A stretch of 62,112 nucleotides of DNA, counting the filler, from a bacterium (GTDB lineage: Bacteria > JBDRGX01), in the NCBI GenBank assembly GCA_043817485.1. It is 7 parts of 7 records of this genome, joined end to end, with 100 filler letters (N's around TTAATTAATTAA, not from the genome) between each part and the next. Parts side by side here need not be neighbours in the genome. Positions count along the whole stretch, not along the records: positions 44,443 to 62,112 come from JBDRGX010000129.1; 6 more parts are not named here. One strand, 5' to 3'. Of this stretch, positions 59,295 through 62,112 are shown piece by piece. The notes beneath the pieces are model-generated. The model was not told the DNA's origin, made no database searches, and saw only the letters and a list, made by a program, of their open reading frames with translations. Within the stretch, counting starts at the first letter, position 1; each line of letters starts with the position of its first letter. The position numbers were made by a program, and so were the translations under genes.

Positions 59295-60635
59295 ATGAAA
59301 CAATATAGATTTTTTATTTATTTATTAATAGGTCTTTTTTTATTTTCTTGTTCCCTAAAAAAAAGAAATAATATTTTTGATCCTAAAAAAGAGGAAGTTA
59401 AATCTCAAGTAGAAATTGAAACTGGTAGTACAGGTAGAATTAATAATACTACACCTATTTTAAAATTAACATCTCCTTGGGAAAAAACAGATGATGTTTT
59501 TATAAAAATGATTGGAAGTGATAGAGAATTAACTAATTCTGAATTAAAAGGAGAAAATTCTTTTTTTAATAAAGTTCCTAATTGGTATCATTTTATAAAA
59601 ACAATTCAATTTAATTCTTCTTTTTGTCCAATTCCTTCTTTAACAAATGAAGAAAAGCAAAAAGGTGGAGCATTAAGATATATTTATGTTTTGTTTAAAG
59701 GGCCATTACCACAAGATGAAAAAATTGTTTATAATACTGTTATTTTGGATCAAATTGTGCAATTTGAATTTTCAATAGAAGTACCTGCTACTGCTAAAAA
59801 AGAAAATGATACATTTGTTGTAGGTTTAGACGATAAAATTATTTTCAAATTAAAATTAAAAGAAGAAGTTTTAACAGTAGGAAAACCAAAATTTAATAAT
59901 ATAGAATTTCCTTGGAATGTAGAAAGTAGAAAAGAAAATGATGGTTGGGTTTATGAATCTTGGTATACTATTGTAAATAAACCAATTAAAATAAGTAAAA
60001 CTGGAATAAAAGATAGTATTGATACAATAGGTACTGCAAAAAGAATAGATGCAAATATTATGAAAAATTTTTATTTACATGAAGCAAAAAGAGCATATGT
60101 ATCTATTATAGATAAATCTGGGAATGAAGTTGCTGATTATACAGATAAAATTAAATATGCTCAATCTGCAAATCAAGTAATAATTAAAACAAGATATATT
60201 TGTGATACAGAAATAGTTATAATTGATAATAATACTTTACCAAATGATTATCCTTGTTATTTTTTTAATGATATTTGTGTAGGAATAGAAAATGGAACTA
60301 CTTCTCCTATTTTGACTATTCCAAGTAATGCTAAAATTTATTTTGGAGTAAAAAATGTACAATGGTCATCTGATAATTTGGCTTTAGATTATTCTTTATG
60401 TTCTTTAAAAGTACTTAAAGGTGCTTTAAAATCTTATTCATCAACTTTTAGCACTAATTATATTAGTTTAGATGGTTGGAAAACTGAAAAAGAATTACCA
60501 AAATGGGAAGGTATTTATTTTGGAAAAGAAACAGAATTAAGTGAATTAAAAGGATGTACTTTTACAAATTACAACATTAATCCTTATTCTTTTTATAATA
60601 ACGAAGTTATTCAAAAAGTAAAAATTACAGAATAA
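59295..60635 (+). CDS. Hypothetical lipoprotein
   Basis: Lipobox LFSC, NIFDP, C-terminal WEGIYF. Confidence 0.7.
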   Translation: MKQYRFFIYLLIGLFLFSCSLKKRNNIFDPKKEEVKSQVEIETGSTGRINNTTPILKLTSPWEKTDDVFIKMIGSDRELTNSELKGENSFFNKVPNWYHFIKTIQFNSSFCPIPSLTNEEKQKGGALRYIYVLFKGPLPQDEKIVYNTVILDQIVQFEFSIEVPATAKKENDTFVVGLDDKIIFKLKLKEEVLTVGKPKFNNIEFPWNVESRKENDGWVYESWYTIVNKPIKISKTGIKDSIDTIGTAKRIDANIMKNFYLHEAKRAYVSIIDKSGNEVADYTDKIKYAQSANQVIIKTRYICDTEIVIIDNNTLPNDYPCYFFNDICVGIENGTTSPILTIPSNAKIYFGVKNVQWSSDNLALDYSLCSLKVLKGALKSYSSTFSTNYISLDGWKTEKELPKWEGIYFGKETELSELKGCTFTNYNINPYSFYNNEVIQKVKITE

Positions 60636-60690
60636 ATCTATGATAGATAAATTTTTTTGCAACTTATTTAATTAAATTTGTTTAAAATTA

Positions 60691-60731
60691 AAAAACAGAA
60701 AGTGGTTTTTTATCCATTTTCTGTTTTTTTT
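60691..60731 (+). terminator. Intrinsic terminator-like hairpin
   Basis: AAAAACAGAAAGTGG / CCATTTTCTGTTTTT with T tail. Confidence 0.6.
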
Positions 60732-60844
60732 ATAGTATTATTGTGTTTGTAAATATAAGTAAATTTTATAAATTGTTATTGACATTCAAAATAATATCTG
60801 AAGATATTATTTTGAACAATTTTTTATATAAAGGAGAATGTGTT

Positions 60845-61915
60845 GTGCTATTAACAAATTTTCAAAAGTTTCGAAAACAAATTAATAGTTTTGATTTACA
60901 AATAATGGAATTATTAAATAAACGAATGGAAATAGTGAAAGAAATTAATAAAATTAAAAAGAAAAATAAAATGGATTATTATGATCCTAAAAGAGAAAAA
61001 GAAATTGTTAATTCTCTTATTAAATTGAATAAAGGATTTTTACCAAATAATACTTTGAAAAATATATATCAGGAAATTTTTTTTGCAGCTCGTTCTTTAG
61101 ATGAACAGATTAATATTGCTTATTGGGGGCCTGAAGGTACTTTCACTCATATGGCAGCTATTAAACAATTTGGAATTAATAGTAATTTTGTTTCTATGAA
61201 ATCAATAAAAAATGTTTTTGAATCTGTTGCTCAAGAGTATGTTAAATTTGGAGTAGTTCCTATTGAAAATTCTACAGAAGGAATAATTAATTATACATTA
61301 GATATGTTCGTAGATATAGATTTAAAAATTTGGGCAGAAATAAAATTGGAAATTCATCAACATCTTTTATCAAAATTTGAAAAAAGTGATATTAAAAGAA
61401 TATATTCTCAACCTTATGCTATTGCTCAAACACGAGAATGGATAGAAAAAAACTTTAATAATTCTCAAATAATTGAAGTTGCTACTACAGCAGTAGCAAC
61501 TAAAATTGCTTCAGAAGAAGAAGGTAGTGCTGCTATTGGGAGTGAACTTGCATCTAAAATTTATAAATTAAATATAGTATCAAAAAATATAGAAGACAAT
61601 CCTAATAATGCTACAAGATTTTTAATAATTAGTAAAGAATTTAATAAAAATAAAACTAAAAATAATAAAACTTCTATAATGGTTTTGATTAAAGATAAAG
61701 TAGGTGCTTTATATGAAATGTTAAAATTATTTGCTGATAATAATATTAATCTTACAAAAATAGAATCTCGTCCTTCAAAATTAAAACAATGGGAATATTA
61801 TTTTTTCATAGATTTTTGTGGTTATTATAAAGAAAAAAAAATTAAAAAAGTTTTAGAAGAATTAAAAAAAAATTGTTTATTATTAAAAATATTAGGTTCT
61901 TATTCAATATTATAA
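60845..61915 (+). CDS. pheA: Chorismate mutase / prephenate dehydratase
   Basis: R.QI..D..LLN.R, GPEGTFT, PIENSTEG, NATRF, LTKIESRP; GTG after AAGGAG. Confidence 0.95.
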   Translation: MLLTNFQKFRKQINSFDLQIMELLNKRMEIVKEINKIKKKNKMDYYDPKREKEIVNSLIKLNKGFLPNNTLKNIYQEIFFAARSLDEQINIAYWGPEGTFTHMAAIKQFGINSNFVSMKSIKNVFESVAQEYVKFGVVPIENSTEGIINYTLDMFVDIDLKIWAEIKLEIHQHLLSKFEKSDIKRIYSQPYAIAQTREWIEKNFNNSQIIEVATTAVATKIASEEEGSAAIGSELASKIYKLNIVSKNIEDNPNNATRFLIISKEFNKNKTKNNKTSIMVLIKDKVGALYEMLKLFADNNINLTKIESRPSKLKQWEYYFFIDFCGYYKEKKIKKVLEELKKNCLLLKILGSYSIL

Positions 61916-61919
61916 TATT

Positions 61920-62112
61920 ATGAAAATTTATTTTAAAAAAATTGCTATAATTGGTGTAGGATTAATAGGTGGTTCTATTGCTTTAAGTTTAAAAAAAAAT
62001 GGTAATGTTGAAAAAATTATTGGAATTGATTGTAAAATATCTTTATTGCAAAAAGCTTATAAACTTGGAGTAATAGATGAGTTTTCTCTTGATTGTGAAA
62101 AAGCAGTTAAAG
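61920..62112 (+). CDS. tyrA: Prephenate dehydrogenase, N-terminal part (window end)
   Basis: IAIIGVGLIGGSIALSL; directly after pheA. Confidence 0.85.
   Translation, partial: MKIYFKKIAIIGVGLIGGSIALSLKKNGNVEKIIGIDCKISLLQKAYKLGVIDEFSLDCEKAVK

Overview
Very AT-rich bacterial sequence made of seven unrelated contigs joined by artificial N-TTAATTAATTAA-N linkers (2520-2620, 17041-17140, 31364-31463, 34057-34156, 39241-39340, 44343-44442), so adjacency across linkers means nothing. The host looks like an anaerobic diderm (lptCAB, ADP-heptose genes, PorV-like barrel, rpoN, Rex, Thi4). Most genes are housekeeping. The standout is a Rex-controlled group 3b [NiFe]-hydrogenase operon (19163-29053). It encodes the [FeFe]-hydrogenase maturase HydG and a HypC-HydE radical SAM fusion between the maturation protease and hypA/hypB, with no hypD/E/F, hydF or hydA in the locus. 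This suggests a hybrid route in which the radical-SAM-derived Fe(CO)x(CN)y unit is delivered to a [NiFe] site (inference, untested). Other notable features: an IS200/IS605-like mini-element in frame inside ileS, a MITE family with variable cargo, a 5 kb phage/MGE-like array of short genes with shared boundary motifs, a SecF with a helix-hairpin-helix insert, a sigma54 promoter with twin enhancer-like sites, and several frameshifts/nonsense codons that may be sequencing or amplification errors. No rRNA, tRNA or CRISPR array was recognised. All family assignments are from motif recognition by eye; no searches were run.
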